The notes under the pieces were generated by a model. The model did not search any database and had not been told where the DNA came from. It saw only the letters and a list, made by a program, of their open reading frames with translations. A DNA stretch of 64,000 nt from assembly GCA_030158485.1 (NCBI GenBank), contig JAOASS010000016.1, forward strand, positions 97,961-161,960, in the 5' to 3' direction. Within the stretch, counting starts at the first letter, position 1; every line of letters starts with the position of its first letter. Positions 1-9,849 of the stretch are shown in pieces. Made by a program: the position numbers and the translations under genes. This DNA is from Pseudobdellovibrionaceae bacterium. GTDB taxonomy: Bacteria; Bdellovibrionota; Bdellovibrionia; Bdellovibrionales; Bdellovibrionaceae.

Positions 1-482
1 AGGGTTTTCACAGGTCCGATTGGTGAAACATAATAGTTCTTCCAAGGAAACCCCATTTTTTCTTTTAAAGGATCACGTTCGACGTCAAGATCTCGAAGAA
101 AATAAAAATTCTCATCGAAAGTTAAATTTCTTATATGCGTAATACCTTTTTCGTTTAACTTTGAAATCACAAAGTGGAATTTTTCTTGTCCAAAATAAGG
201 GTCTTGAGCTCCTTGAAAGTGAAGATCAAATTCGTTTTCACCGACAGGTGTTGCATGGACAATTGTTAAAAATTTAAAGTTTGGGCCCTTGGATGAAAGA
301 GCCCAGTAGCTTGTCACTAGTTTTGAAACCGAGGCTATTGGAAACATTTTGTCGATGTTTAAGCCTTGGACTTGATTAAAATTTTGAGGATTTGAGTAGC
401 AATATGATTGAAGAGTTTGAGTATTTCCCATGACCCCCAAAAACATTGGCAATAAAAATCCCAGAAGTGCCAGTCGTTTCAT
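1..482 (-). CDS. PBP4/DacB-family D-Ala-D-Ala carboxypeptidase/endopeptidase, N-terminal part only (3' end lies beyond the window edge)
   Basis: Manual reverse translation from the ATG at 482 gives MKRLALLGFLLPMFLGVMGNT (signal peptide) ... DKMFPIASVSKLVTSYWALSSKG. This contains an SxxK active-site motif in a context like the PASTQK region of class C PBPs. It is absent from the ORF track because it runs off the window edge. Confidence 0.55.
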   Translation of the reverse strand, partial: MKRLALLGFLLPMFLGVMGNTQTLQSYCYSNPQNFNQVQGLNIDKMFPIASVSKLVTSYWALSSKGPNFKFLTIVHATPVGENEFDLHFQGAQDPYFGQEKFHFVISKLNEKGITHIRNLTFDENFYFLRDLDVERDPLKEKMGFPWKNYYVSPIGPVKT

Positions 483-596
483 GAAATCAAGTTAAAGGAA
501 CTCATTTAAAATAGAAACTGTCATGATTTTAGACAGTAGAAAGTTCTCGAATTGACGAATTGAACGATAATAAACATAACCGTAGGATTGACAGTT

Positions 597-1577
597 TTAC
601 ACTTTTAAACAAGAAACAAGATGTTCTGAGCCAGCGATTGATTTCCGGGGGGTTAGTAAGGGTTCGTTGCGAGAGCATTCCGCGTCAGCAGATGGGCAGC
701 GTGGGTTGAAGTGACATCCTGGTGGGGGATTTAAAGGGCTAGGAACATCACCTGTTAGTATGATTCTTTGTTCTTTACCTTTTGGATCGGGAACTGGTAT
801 CGCAGACAGTAAAGCTTTTGTGTAAGGATGAAGCGGGTTTTTATAAAGTTCATCGCTATCTGCAAATTCAACTATTTTACCTAAGTACATGACAGCCACT
901 CGATGAGAAACGTGTTCAACAACTTTTAAATCGTGTGCAATAAAAATATAAGTCAGACCTAACTTTTTTTGCAAATCCATCAAAAGATTAATAACTTGTG
1001 CTTGTATCGAAACGTCTAAAGCGCTGACGGGTTCGTCGCAAATAATAAGTTCTGGATTGACGGCAAGAGCCCGCGCAATCCCTACACGTTGTCGTTGTCC
1101 ACCCGAAAATTCATGGGGGTAGCGATTCAAGTGTTCAGGCCTGAGGCCCACCAAATCAACGAGTTCACGAATTCGGTTTTTTCTTTCTTCTGGGTTTGGA
1201 TAAAGATTATGAATCAACAAAGGCTCTTCTAAAATTGCACCAATCGTCATCCGAGGATTGAGCGATGCGTAGGGATCCTGGAAGATAATTTGAATTTTTC
1301 GGCGTAATTCCCGAAGAGCTTCCCCTTTAAGATGTGTGATATCATTTCCGCGATAAGAAATTTTCCCAGATGTTGCTTCATACAAACGGACAAGACAGCG
1401 TCCTAAAGTTGATTTTCCACATCCCGATTCTCCAACGAGGCCTAAAGTTTCACCTTTGTGAAGGTCAAACGAAACGCCTTGAACTGCTTTAACGGAAGCA
1501 ATTTCTTTTTGCATCAGTCCGCCAAAAATGGGGAATGATTTCGTGATATTTTCAACTTTCAATAAAACTTCACTCAC
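597..1577 (-). CDS. oppF: Oligopeptide/dipeptide ABC transporter ATP-binding protein (OppF/DppF type)
   Basis: Walker [10 protein letters not shown], signature FSGGQRQRV and Walker [12 protein letters not shown]. The C-terminal Opp-type extension carries a Cys cluster ([15 protein letters not shown]). Start moved to the GTG at 1577, preceded by AGGAG. This forms a GTGA overlap with the oppD stop. Confidence 0.85.
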   Translation of the reverse strand: MSEVLLKVENITKSFPIFGGLMQKEIASVKAVQGVSFDLHKGETLGLVGESGCGKSTLGRCLVRLYEATSGKISYRGNDITHLKGEALRELRRKIQIIFQDPYASLNPRMTIGAILEEPLLIHNLYPNPEERKNRIRELVDLVGLRPEHLNRYPHEFSGGQRQRVGIARALAVNPELIICDEPVSALDVSIQAQVINLLMDLQKKLGLTYIFIAHDLKVVEHVSHRVAVMYLGKIVEFADSDELYKNPLHPYTKALLSAIPVPDPKGKEQRIILTGDVPSPLNPPPGCHFNPRCPSADAECSRNEPLLTPRKSIAGSEHLVSCLKV

Positions 1578-2581
1578 GTTGAAGGCTCCTGAGAAGAAAT
1601 GGCATCGGCGGGAATCGGGTGGTGGCAAGCCACTTTATGAACTCCACGTAAGTTTTCAAGACGGGGATCAATGGCTTTGCAATCTTCTTGGAAACGATTG
1701 CAACGGTCTTGAAAACGACAGCCTTTAGGAAGATTCATGAGATTTGGCACAAGCCCAGGAATTGTTTGAAGTTGTTGAAGCTTGGTTCCCGTTTCAAAAT
1801 GGGGAATGGAATCCAAAAGACCTTTTGTGTAAGGATGCTTGGGGCGATAAAAAATATCTTCAACAGTGCCTTGTTCCACGACTCGGCCAGCGTACATCAC
1901 AATCACATCTTGACACATTTCTGCAACCACGCCCAAGTCATGAGTAATCAATATCATACCCATATTAAAATCTTTTTGGAGCTTTCTCATAAGATCAAGA
2001 ATTTGAGCTTGTATTGTCACATCCAGAGCAGTCGTAGGCTCATCTGCAATTAAAAATTGAGGATCACAAGACATAGCCATCGCGATCATAATTCGTTGGC
2101 GCATGCCGCCCGAAAGCTGATGTGGATATTCCGAGTATCGTTTTTCGGGTGCTGGAATTCCCACTTTTTTAAGCATTTCAATCGTACGATTTTGAATTTC
2201 TTGCGAACTTAATCTGGGGTTGTGAATTGCAATGGCTTCATCAATCTGGTTACCGATTGTGTAGACGGGATTCAAAGAAGTCATCGGTTCTTGAAAAATC
2301 ATGGCCATATTACGACCACGTAATTTCATCATTTCATTTTCTGAAATTTTAAGAATATTTTGGCCATTTAAGATAACTTCACCAGCGACAATTTTTCCAG
2401 GAGACTGAATAAGGCGCATAACAGAAAGAGATGTGACGGATTTGCCACATCCAGATTCGCCTACGATTCCAAGAGTTCTTCCAGGTTTAACCGAAAAGCT
2501 CACATCGTCGACAGCATAAAATTCGCCATCGTCAGTGCGAAATTTAGTTTTTAGATTTTTAACTTCTAATAGATCACTCAA
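1574..2581 (-). CDS. oppD: Oligopeptide/dipeptide ABC transporter ATP-binding protein (OppD/DppD type)
   Basis: Walker [10 protein letters not shown], signature LSGGMRQRI, Walker [12 protein letters not shown], and the C-terminal [15 protein letters not shown] motif. Confidence 0.85.
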   Translation of the reverse strand: MSDLLEVKNLKTKFRTDDGEFYAVDDVSFSVKPGRTLGIVGESGCGKSVTSLSVMRLIQSPGKIVAGEVILNGQNILKISENEMMKLRGRNMAMIFQEPMTSLNPVYTIGNQIDEAIAIHNPRLSSQEIQNRTIEMLKKVGIPAPEKRYSEYPHQLSGGMRQRIMIAMAMSCDPQFLIADEPTTALDVTIQAQILDLMRKLQKDFNMGMILITHDLGVVAEMCQDVIVMYAGRVVEQGTVEDIFYRPKHPYTKGLLDSIPHFETGTKLQQLQTIPGLVPNLMNLPKGCRFQDRCNRFQEDCKAIDPRLENLRGVHKVACHHPIPADAISSQEPST

Positions 2582-2678
2582 AGTTTCAATCTCCCGAGAA
2601 GTATTTATAGGGCGAATTAAGATTTAAGTCTATGATATTGTCTTGCTTTTAAGCTACAGGTTACGTAAGCCGATAAAC

Positions 2679-3344
2679 ATGCGAACTGAACAAGATCATT
2701 TACTTTCAGAATACTTAGAAAAACTCGTTTCTGGACTACAACCTTTTGAAAAACAAACCCGAGAAGCAGCTCTCAGTTTTGGCTTAAATGGGATCTCTTT
2801 ATCTCGGGGGGAAGCCCATGTCTTAAGGTGGCTTATTCAGTCTAAGTCTTTGAAAAAAGCTGTGGAAATTGGAACTCTCACGGGTTTGTCAGGGCTTTAT
2901 ATTTTAGATGCTCTTCAGGAAGGTGGAACTTTATGGACACTAGAAAAAAATGAAGAGCATGCAAATGTTGCCGAATCGATTTTAAAAAAATTTGCGACTG
3001 AAACAAAAAAAAATGTTGAAGTCATCCGGGGCGACGCTCGACTCACTTTACAAAAACTGAACACAATGGGGCCTTATGATTTTATTTTTATTGATGGGAA
3101 TAAAGCCGCCTACTGTGATTATTTAATTTGGGCTGAACAGAACTTAAGTCCAGGGGGCTTACTTATTGCGGACAATGTTTTCTTATCAGGTAGTGTTTAT
3201 AGCTCAATCAAATCAAATTTTTCCGAAAAGCAAATTAGTGTGATGCAAAAATTTAATGAACGTTTGATGGATTCTTCTATTTGGCGTGGGGCTTTGATTC
3301 CTACAAGAGAAGGCTTATTCGTAGCCGAAAAAATGCCGATATGA
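2679..3344 (+). CDS. Class I SAM-dependent O-methyltransferase (caffeoyl-CoA O-methyltransferase-like family 3)
   Basis: The motifs AVEIGTLTGLSG (SAM-binding motif I), YDFIFIDGNK and LLIADNV are typical of family-3 O-methyltransferases. Start set at the ATG at 2679; the ORF-track start is an upstream TTG. Confidence 0.7.
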   Translation: MRTEQDHLLSEYLEKLVSGLQPFEKQTREAALSFGLNGISLSRGEAHVLRWLIQSKSLKKAVEIGTLTGLSGLYILDALQEGGTLWTLEKNEEHANVAESILKKFATETKKNVEVIRGDARLTLQKLNTMGPYDFIFIDGNKAAYCDYLIWAEQNLSPGGLLIADNVFLSGSVYSSIKSNFSEKQISVMQKFNERLMDSSIWRGALIPTREGLFVAEKMPI

Positions 3345-3368
3345 ATCAAGCGGGTCAATCGATTGATC

Positions 3369-4127
3369 TCAATCAGCTGATGAGTGTTCGAAGTAAGTCT
3401 CAAGCCACTTTTTAAGGACTGCTTTGTAAACTTCGGGTTCTTTTTTGCACGCATCTAAATGTCCCGCTTGTTCGAAAATAATAGCTGTTACAAAAATATA
3501 AGACTCCATTTTTTTAAATATTTTTTCAATATGCCAGGGTGGAATTATCGGGTCTAACTGTCCTCGGATGGACAAGATCGGGAATTGTAATGGAAATCTT
3601 CTCAATTGATATCTGATTTCTTGATGTAAAAAAAGTGACCAAGCAACAGCGAACAAAGCCAGAAGAGAATTTTGGCCACGTAAAGAAAATGCGAGATTCC
3701 AAGCAGATCTTATAAAAGCCTGGCTTGGACCCGAATCGCAGATAAGTCCAACAACATCATTTCGATTTTCTTTTGTGCGATCATAAATAACTTCGATAGC
3801 GGCAGCACTGGGATTGGAAAACGAAAAAATAATTTTTTTTCCAGGCAGCTGATCTAAAAAATAACTCAGCATATGGCTAAATAAATGTTTTAAACCGAAG
3901 CGTCCTTTATAAAAAAGGGAAAGCTTTGATCCTGCAAAACTTGGCATATTGTATGCGAAGACATCATAACCTAAATCATTTAAAATCTGGATGTGTCGGC
4001 TTAAGATGCGCTGTTGTCCGCCGTAAAAATGAACCATAACAACAATTGGCGATCCGACAATTTTATTTTGAGAGTTATAAAATTTCGGATCGCTTTTGGG
4101 GAAATTGGGAAATGGTTTCAGATTCAT
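3369..4127 (-). CDS. Alpha/beta-hydrolase-fold protein with an atypical nucleophile motif
   Basis: VVMVHFYGG (oxyanion-region-like), IIFSFSNPSAAA in the position of GxSxG, and a C-terminal AGHLD histidine region. Its start lies 2 nt after the stop of the upstream E1-like gene, so the two form an operon. Confidence 0.5.
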   Translation of the reverse strand: MNLKPFPNFPKSDPKFYNSQNKIVGSPIVVMVHFYGGQQRILSRHIQILNDLGYDVFAYNMPSFAGSKLSLFYKGRFGLKHLFSHMLSYFLDQLPGKKIIFSFSNPSAAAIEVIYDRTKENRNDVVGLICDSGPSQAFIRSAWNLAFSLRGQNSLLALFAVAWSLFLHQEIRYQLRRFPLQFPILSIRGQLDPIIPPWHIEKIFKKMESYIFVTAIIFEQAGHLDACKKEPEVYKAVLKKWLETYFEHSSAD

Positions 4128-4129
4128 TT

Positions 4130-6976
4130 TTAATGTTTAGTTGTCGAACTTGTGGGCCATAGCTCTGCCCAATTTTGAATACGGGTTCCTTGCGAATTAA
4201 TAGCAGCTTCAAGTTGTCGACTAGGAATCACAGTTTGTTCTAAAGCTGTTTCTGATAAAACTTTTCCAACAGCTTCGATAATACTGTCTGCATCGAGTCC
4301 ATGGTAGGCGTAGATTTCGTCCGGACGCCCACATTTTGAGTGCTTGCGGACAGCACAGCTTTCATGGCGAACTCCAATTATAGAACCCAAATTATCAAGT
4401 AATCCGGCTTCGCCATCATGAACGCTTACTATTGGAATTCGTTTTCCAGAAATTGTGACAAGATCTTCTGCTGAATTTTCTTCAGGATTTTTAATATAAA
4501 GTTTTGAGTCGATTTGCAGACCATTTTTTAAATGAGAGTAGTCGTTTTCATGACCTAATATCCCGCATAGTAAGTCAGGTGAAGTCACAACAATCACATT
4601 TGCATAAATACCTTTTGTTAACAATTTTTCCGAAGCTAGAATAGCTTCAGTTGTCGGTGAACCCATGCTCAGAATATGAACAACATTGTCCCCTGGTTCA
4701 TATCCAGAATAACCGCGGTAATCAATCAAGTAGTAAGCGCCAGCTAAAACTTCAGTTCTGATTTGATTCATGATTTCATGTTCTTCAATTGAAGAAATAG
4801 TTTCTTCATCAACAGCCCCATCTAACATAAATCCTGTGCGCGCTAATGGTGTCGATTTTGATTGCTTGAAGCGAAGTTGTTTTTTTAAGTAAGTGATCAT
4901 ATCTTTTTGTTCAATCCCACGAGTCACGCCACGAATCAAAACCCCAGTTCGACCCTGATTATCATTCATGACATGTCGTTTGATAGAATCACAAAAAATC
5001 CAATCAAGTTCCTGAGTAAAAAGAGGTTCCCAAGTAATTTGATTTGGAATTTGAAAATCTGATTTCCAACCATGCTGGGCCCCTTCGGGTGATAAAGTTA
5101 CTCCAGCTGGGGTTCCCACACAAATAAATGAGCTTTTCCAATAGAGATTATAAAAATACTGATCATGCGCTCGCTTAATAAAAAAATCGTAGACAGTCAT
5201 TAAAGGTATTACGGGAATGCCTAAAGTATCGCGTAAGCGTCCGAATGAACCGACGCAGCTCATGACGTTACCTTCAGCAATTTCAAATCTTAAAAAACGA
5301 TCAGAGACTTCTTCCCCAGGAACAAGATCAGGAAGTTTCAAGTCTTTGACGCCAAGTTCGGTTTCCACATCAGTAACAATAGGAGCGCCAAAAATTTTAC
5401 CATCCATTGCGGGGTTAAGATTTGTAGAAGTACCAACATCCGGTGCCATGGAAATAAAAAGTTCTCCTGGAAGTTTCCAAGGTTTTTCTGAATCAGTGAG
5501 TGCTTTTTGTCCTTTAGTTAAATTATTTTGGTCTAGCGAAGTATTGGAAATACGTGTCAACTTGGCAGTCAATTGTCCTAACATCCACTGGGTATGAGGG
5601 TAACTTGTCATCTTCGTATTGATGTCTAAAGTTTCAGGAATTTCACCAAATCGAGTCAATTGTTTTAAAAACAAATCTTGATTAGTTTTTTTCAAATTGT
5701 TTTGGAGTTTGATTTCAGAATAAAGTTTTTCACCGCGGGCTTTTAAAAATTGTGCTTCCGGACTTTGAGCCGGAAATTTTTCAAAAAGTTTTCCGGCTGA
5801 TATTTTTTGTTTTTCTTTGAGCTCGGTCATTTCATCATCATTTAACAACGCAGAGTGATTTCCCGGTGCGGCTGCCATTTTTAGGCCCCAGCCTTTAAGA
5901 GTGTGTGCCACAATAATCGTAGGACGACGAGTTGATTTTTTAGATTTTTCAAGGGCTTCCGCCATCGCGATAATATCATGACCACCGAAATCTTTGAAAG
6001 CATCCATCAATTCTTGATCTGTCACTGAGTCTAAGAATTTCTTCATTTTCGGATGTTCTTTGATAATTCCACTTTTTAAAAGCTTAACGTCTTTAACAAG
6101 CAACAAAGCTTGAAGTTCATAATCTTTGAGTTCTTTTTCTAGGAAATTTTGAAAAACTTCGCCGCCGGGTTTATTAAAAAGCGCGAACCGTTTTGATCCA
6201 TGACGAACTTGAATAACTTCCCAGCCATTGGCTGCCATTGTTCTTTCAATTCGGTCCGCATCAGTTCCACCAAAAATATGCTCATTGGTAATGCGATGAC
6301 CATCCAGTGATTGACGATTGTAATCGACAATCCAAGTGAGGTTACCAATTTCTCGTTCTGCAAAATCGGGAACGGCTTCATACATACTGCCTTCCCGAAA
6401 TTCAGAATCGCCGCTCAGGGCCCAGAAATGAGCTTCGGGCACATCATAGCCGTGATCTTTTGCATATCGATAAGCAAGCGCCATGTAACCCGCTTGCACC
6501 GGCGGAATGCCGACTGTTCCTGAAGGAAAAAAATTGTGATGATCACTGTCGTATGCAGAGTGGTAACTTTGGAAAACAGGCTCGCTATTATGAGAATATT
6601 TACGTAAACCCATCATAGCCGTATCACAATCTTCTGCAGACATTTTTGATAAATCTGACTTCAAAAAAAGATCAAGTAAGTAATGGTAAGAGTGATCTGT
6701 CGGAGAAGCGTGTGGTTTGTTTGCGATGTGATCAAATCCCGAGCGAACAATTAAATGAAGTGCGCCCAAAATATGAAGAGAAGACGCGCAAGCCGCTGCA
6801 TGTCCTCCAATTTTAGGATCACCCTTCGATTTGTCATCACGATGATTTGCTTGAAAAATCATTTGCGTTGCAGAGTAATGAGCTCGGCGCGCAATCGATT
6901 CTAAAATATCGCGATTTAGGTTTTGAGGAGTCTGATGATGTACTGTATTTTGCGAAGCATTTTTTTGCGTTTTCAT
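4130..6976 (-). CDS. Homodimeric-type 2-oxoacid dehydrogenase E1 component-like ThDP enzyme (AceE family), 948 aa
   Basis: ThDP-binding motif GDSEFREGSMYEAVPDFAEREIGNLTWIVDYNRQSLDG parallels the AceE sequence GDGEMDEPES...NCNLQRLDG. The N-terminal GGHAAACASSLHILGAL parallels GGHISSFASSA. The size fits AceE-type E1. Confidence 0.7.
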   Translation of the reverse strand: MKTQKNASQNTVHHQTPQNLNRDILESIARRAHYSATQMIFQANHRDDKSKGDPKIGGHAAACASSLHILGALHLIVRSGFDHIANKPHASPTDHSYHYLLDLFLKSDLSKMSAEDCDTAMMGLRKYSHNSEPVFQSYHSAYDSDHHNFFPSGTVGIPPVQAGYMALAYRYAKDHGYDVPEAHFWALSGDSEFREGSMYEAVPDFAEREIGNLTWIVDYNRQSLDGHRITNEHIFGGTDADRIERTMAANGWEVIQVRHGSKRFALFNKPGGEVFQNFLEKELKDYELQALLLVKDVKLLKSGIIKEHPKMKKFLDSVTDQELMDAFKDFGGHDIIAMAEALEKSKKSTRRPTIIVAHTLKGWGLKMAAAPGNHSALLNDDEMTELKEKQKISAGKLFEKFPAQSPEAQFLKARGEKLYSEIKLQNNLKKTNQDLFLKQLTRFGEIPETLDINTKMTSYPHTQWMLGQLTAKLTRISNTSLDQNNLTKGQKALTDSEKPWKLPGELFISMAPDVGTSTNLNPAMDGKIFGAPIVTDVETELGVKDLKLPDLVPGEEVSDRFLRFEIAEGNVMSCVGSFGRLRDTLGIPVIPLMTVYDFFIKRAHDQYFYNLYWKSSFICVGTPAGVTLSPEGAQHGWKSDFQIPNQITWEPLFTQELDWIFCDSIKRHVMNDNQGRTGVLIRGVTRGIEQKDMITYLKKQLRFKQSKSTPLARTGFMLDGAVDEETISSIEEHEIMNQIRTEVLAGAYYLIDYRGYSGYEPGDNVVHILSMGSPTTEAILASEKLLTKGIYANVIVVTSPDLLCGILGHENDYSHLKNGLQIDSKLYIKNPEENSAEDLVTISGKRIPIVSVHDGEAGLLDNLGSIIGVRHESCAVRKHSKCGRPDEIYAYHGLDADSIIEAVGKVLSETALEQTVIPSRQLEAAINSQGTRIQNWAELWPTSSTTKH

Positions 6977-7085
6977 AGTCTATCCGGTGTAGTGCTTAAG
7001 TTGTTGTAATCAAAGCTATTAAACGCCGCGTCTGGAGTTCAAGCTCCAGGCTTGGCATCAGGTTCCATTAAGAATGTAAAAAAGC

Positions 7086-7979
7086 TTAACTTTCAAGTAC
7101 AAAGTCCCAACGAATTTTAACTGTTCCATCGTTTTCAATAATACCAGTCGGTGGATTCGGGAAAGGAGCCGCGGATTGAAAGGCTTCGGTTGCGGCATCA
7201 TCCAAATCCGTCACTCCAGATTCTTTCAGAACTTGTACTTTTACTAAATTTCCGCCTCGATCTAAAACGACAATGAGTTTCGTAATTCGATCTGTTGTCG
7301 AGGCCAAATGCCGACCTTGTTTAAAAAGTTGAGAAAGTTTCGTTCGAACTTTAGGTTCCCAATGTTGGCTCAACTGACGACGAATTCGGTTGTAGTAGCT
7401 ATAATATTTGAACTCACGAGCATTTAACAAAGTTTCTAAGCCTTGATCGACATCTTTAAGATAATCGTTAGTTTGACTTCCTTCAGCTAATTCTGCATTT
7501 TTTTCGGATTCATCACTTGATTCTGTGAGCTCTTCTTTTTTTGGACCTTCTCCGTTAACAAAAGGTGTAGAAGCACTGAGCTTTGGGGTTAAGTTCCATG
7601 ATCTAGAATTTTGAGACTTTTTTAATGATGCAGTCTCTTTTTGAGAGTTTTTAAAATCGCCTTTGTTTTTGGCAACTGTTTGTTTTTTAAACTTTTGATT
7701 TTGCGCGCTTAAAAAGCGTGTGTCAGGTTCCTCTTCAGTTGATTTTTTTTCGTCTTGTTCCACAATCTGTCTTTCAAGTTTCTGGGGCTTATCTTTCTTT
7801 TTTATAACATCAGCTGGCCTAATAGCCTGCGAAGACAGGGCCGGAGTTTGGTCTAAAATTTCAACTGTAATTTTATTCAATTTTGGTTGAATTTTTGGCA
7901 AAGACATAAGTACGACAGTCAATCCGTGTAAGATGAAGGAGAGAATGATAAATTCTGCGAATTTAAGTCTTCTGAACAT
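7086..7979 (-). CDS. TonB-family protein (N-terminal anchor, charged linker, TonB C-terminal domain)
   Basis: N-terminal TM segment FAEFIILSFILHGLTVVLM, a long K/E/Q-rich linker, and a C-terminal VVLDRGGNLVKVQVLKESGVTDLDDAATEAFQSAAPFPNPP typical of the TonB_C fold. Confidence 0.65.
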   Translation of the reverse strand: MFRRLKFAEFIILSFILHGLTVVLMSLPKIQPKLNKITVEILDQTPALSSQAIRPADVIKKKDKPQKLERQIVEQDEKKSTEEEPDTRFLSAQNQKFKKQTVAKNKGDFKNSQKETASLKKSQNSRSWNLTPKLSASTPFVNGEGPKKEELTESSDESEKNAELAEGSQTNDYLKDVDQGLETLLNAREFKYYSYYNRIRRQLSQHWEPKVRTKLSQLFKQGRHLASTTDRITKLIVVLDRGGNLVKVQVLKESGVTDLDDAATEAFQSAAPFPNPPTGIIENDGTVKIRWDFVLES

Positions 7980-8077
7980 AACTATTTATCGGTCGTCCAC
8001 TCTTGAAGACTTAAATAAAACGAGCTGATCGAAAGTCTAGTTTGACCGCACGTTCCTATATCGAGACAATAACTGTG

Positions 8078-8809
8078 ATGAAACCACAAGTATGGGCTGT
8101 ATCAGATAAAGGCAACAAGCGAGACTCCAATCAAGATTCTTATCTTGTAAATGAAAATTTAGGTTTATTTGTCGTTGCCGATGGTATGGGAGGACACAGT
8201 GGTGGTGAAGTCGCTTCAAGTTTAGCTGTTCAAACCTTGGAAACAGAAATCAAACTCATGAAAGCTTCGGCAGAAGTTCCAGTTCGAGAATTGATGCATA
8301 AAGTTTTCGAAAAAGCTTCCATGAGAATTTTTGATAAAGCGGCAATTGAAAGTCCCGAGCTTATGGGCATGGGAACAACAATGGTTAGTTGCTATGTTGA
8401 TAATGGCAAAGTTTTTATCAGCAACGTAGGGGATTCTCGATGTTATCTTTTTGATAAATCGAATCTTTGGCAATTGACGGAAGATCATTCTCTTTTGAAC
8501 GAACAAATTAGAACTGGTCTTTTGAAACCCGAACAGGCGGCAACTTTTACTGGAAGAAATGTGATTACAAGATCAGTCGGTTATGAAAGGGTAGTTCATC
8601 CTGATGTTATAGAGCGGGAAGTAAGGGCAGGGGAAACTTATTTACTTTGTTCGGATGGACTGTCCGGGCTTGTAACTGATCAAAAAATATTAGAATGTTT
8701 TAAAACTAAATCTTTAAATGAAGCGGCCCTCATTTTAGTCAACATGGCCCTGGCTAACGGCGGAGACGATAATGTGACAGTTCTTATCCTCCACTTCCCA
8801 GAGAAATAG
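8078..8809 (+). CDS. PP2C-family Ser/Thr protein phosphatase
   Basis: SDKGNKRDSNQDS, VADGMGGHSGGEVAS, GTTMV, NVGDSRCY and GGDDNVTV are the canonical PP2C/Stp motifs. Start set at the ATG at 8078. Confidence 0.85.
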   Translation: MKPQVWAVSDKGNKRDSNQDSYLVNENLGLFVVADGMGGHSGGEVASSLAVQTLETEIKLMKASAEVPVRELMHKVFEKASMRIFDKAAIESPELMGMGTTMVSCYVDNGKVFISNVGDSRCYLFDKSNLWQLTEDHSLLNEQIRTGLLKPEQAATFTGRNVITRSVGYERVVHPDVIEREVRAGETYLLCSDGLSGLVTDQKILECFKTKSLNEAALILVNMALANGGDDNVTVLILHFPEK

Positions 8810-8812
8810 ATT

Positions 8813-9817
8813 ATGGATAAAAGAAACGTCACCCTCCTTTTAGTTAATAATGAGTCAGGAACGACCAACAAATTAGTGGTCTCTTTAATTTCTCTCAAAG
8901 TTGTTTTATTCACCTTGGCCGTCGTGATTTTAATTTTTGTTGCAGGATTTATTGATTATTTAGGATTGATGTTTCAAGCAATGGAAAATAAACGTTTAGA
9001 AAATGAAAACGTGATGCTTAAAAAACAATTTCAGATTGTTGAAGGAAAACTAGGAGCACTTGAAAACTCCCTAGAGCGAGTCAAAATTTTTACAAATAAA
9101 TTAAAACTGATCACGAATATTAACATGGAAGATCGTGTGACGAAGTTGACTATGGGTGGAAAGCCGGCGGCGGGGCAGGCTATGGAAGAATATGAGCCGA
9201 TGGATCAAAGAGTTTCAAATGAAAGTATGGTTCAGCAAGACCAAGATTTTCCACGTGAAGAAAAAGTGAATGAGGTCAAGTCAGAAGTTGCGGCGCAACC
9301 ATCTTCCCAAGACTATGCAACACTTGTGATTCGAATCGATAAAGCGGTTAAAGAGACGCAATTAAAAGAACAAAGTGTGATTGAGCTTTGGGAAAGTTTA
9401 AGTGAACGATTATCACTTCTTAATTCAACTCCTAATATTAAACCCGCTCGTGGCTGGATTACGTCTCGATTTGGTTATCGTTTAAATCCATTTACTAATA
9501 AAATGCAGCTGCACGCAGGACTGGATATCGCGGCAGCGCCTGGGTCTCCAGTCTATGCTCCTGCTGATGGTGTTGTGATCTTTGCTTCTTACGATGAGAC
9601 TTATGGTAAGCTTGTTAGCATAGATCATGGTTATGGTGTGACGACTCGATTTGCGCACAATTCCCAAGTTTATGTACGTGTTGGCCAAAAAGTTTCAAAA
9701 TACGATGTGATTTCTTCTGTCGGTAACACCGGACGATCCACGGGCCCTCACTGTCACTATGAAGTGCGAGTGAACGGTATACCAGTTGATCCAATTAACT
9801 TTATTCTAGACGAGTAA
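8813..9817 (+). CDS. M23-family metallopeptidase with an N-terminal TM segment and coiled coil (EnvC/NlpD-like)
   Basis: HAGLDIAA (HxxxD), GSPVYAPADGVV and GNTGRSTGPHCHYEVRVNG (HxH). The N-terminal anchor is followed by a heptad-like region. Confidence 0.85.
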   Translation: MDKRNVTLLLVNNESGTTNKLVVSLISLKVVLFTLAVVILIFVAGFIDYLGLMFQAMENKRLENENVMLKKQFQIVEGKLGALENSLERVKIFTNKLKLITNINMEDRVTKLTMGGKPAAGQAMEEYEPMDQRVSNESMVQQDQDFPREEKVNEVKSEVAAQPSSQDYATLVIRIDKAVKETQLKEQSVIELWESLSERLSLLNSTPNIKPARGWITSRFGYRLNPFTNKMQLHAGLDIAAAPGSPVYAPADGVVIFASYDETYGKLVSIDHGYGVTTRFAHNSQVYVRVGQKVSKYDVISSVGNTGRSTGPHCHYEVRVNGIPVDPINFILDE

Positions 9818-9849
9818 TCAAAATCAGAGTTTTGTAATCTGAATAACAG

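Noticed and set aside
1688-2053. ORF-track entries lying antisense to, or out of frame within, strongly supported genes. Examples: 1528-1728, 1688-2053 and 1744-1947 in oppD/oppF; 5217-5597, 6139-6381 and 6311-6523 in the E1-like gene; 11786-12142 in the 787-aa gene; 13915-14199 in purD; 20223-20601 in the 784-aa gene; 25335-26517 set in rnr; 36010-38000 set in valS; 42037-43399 set in the coiled-coil gene; 57892-58827 set in flhA; 59290-60231 set in flhF.
   Set aside because: Each overlaps a CDS with clear family motifs. Their translations are low-complexity or show no motif, and they lack RBS context. They are the expected by-product of AT-rich sequence with few stops on some frames.
7030-7051. 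Hairpin GTCTGGAG-TTCAAG-CTCCAGGC, whose GTTCAAG loop looks like a tRNA T-arm.
   Set aside because: No acceptor, D or anticodon arms can be drawn around it, and the flanks do not fold into a cloverleaf. It is probably just an intercistronic hairpin between the TonB-like and E1-like genes, without a U-tract.
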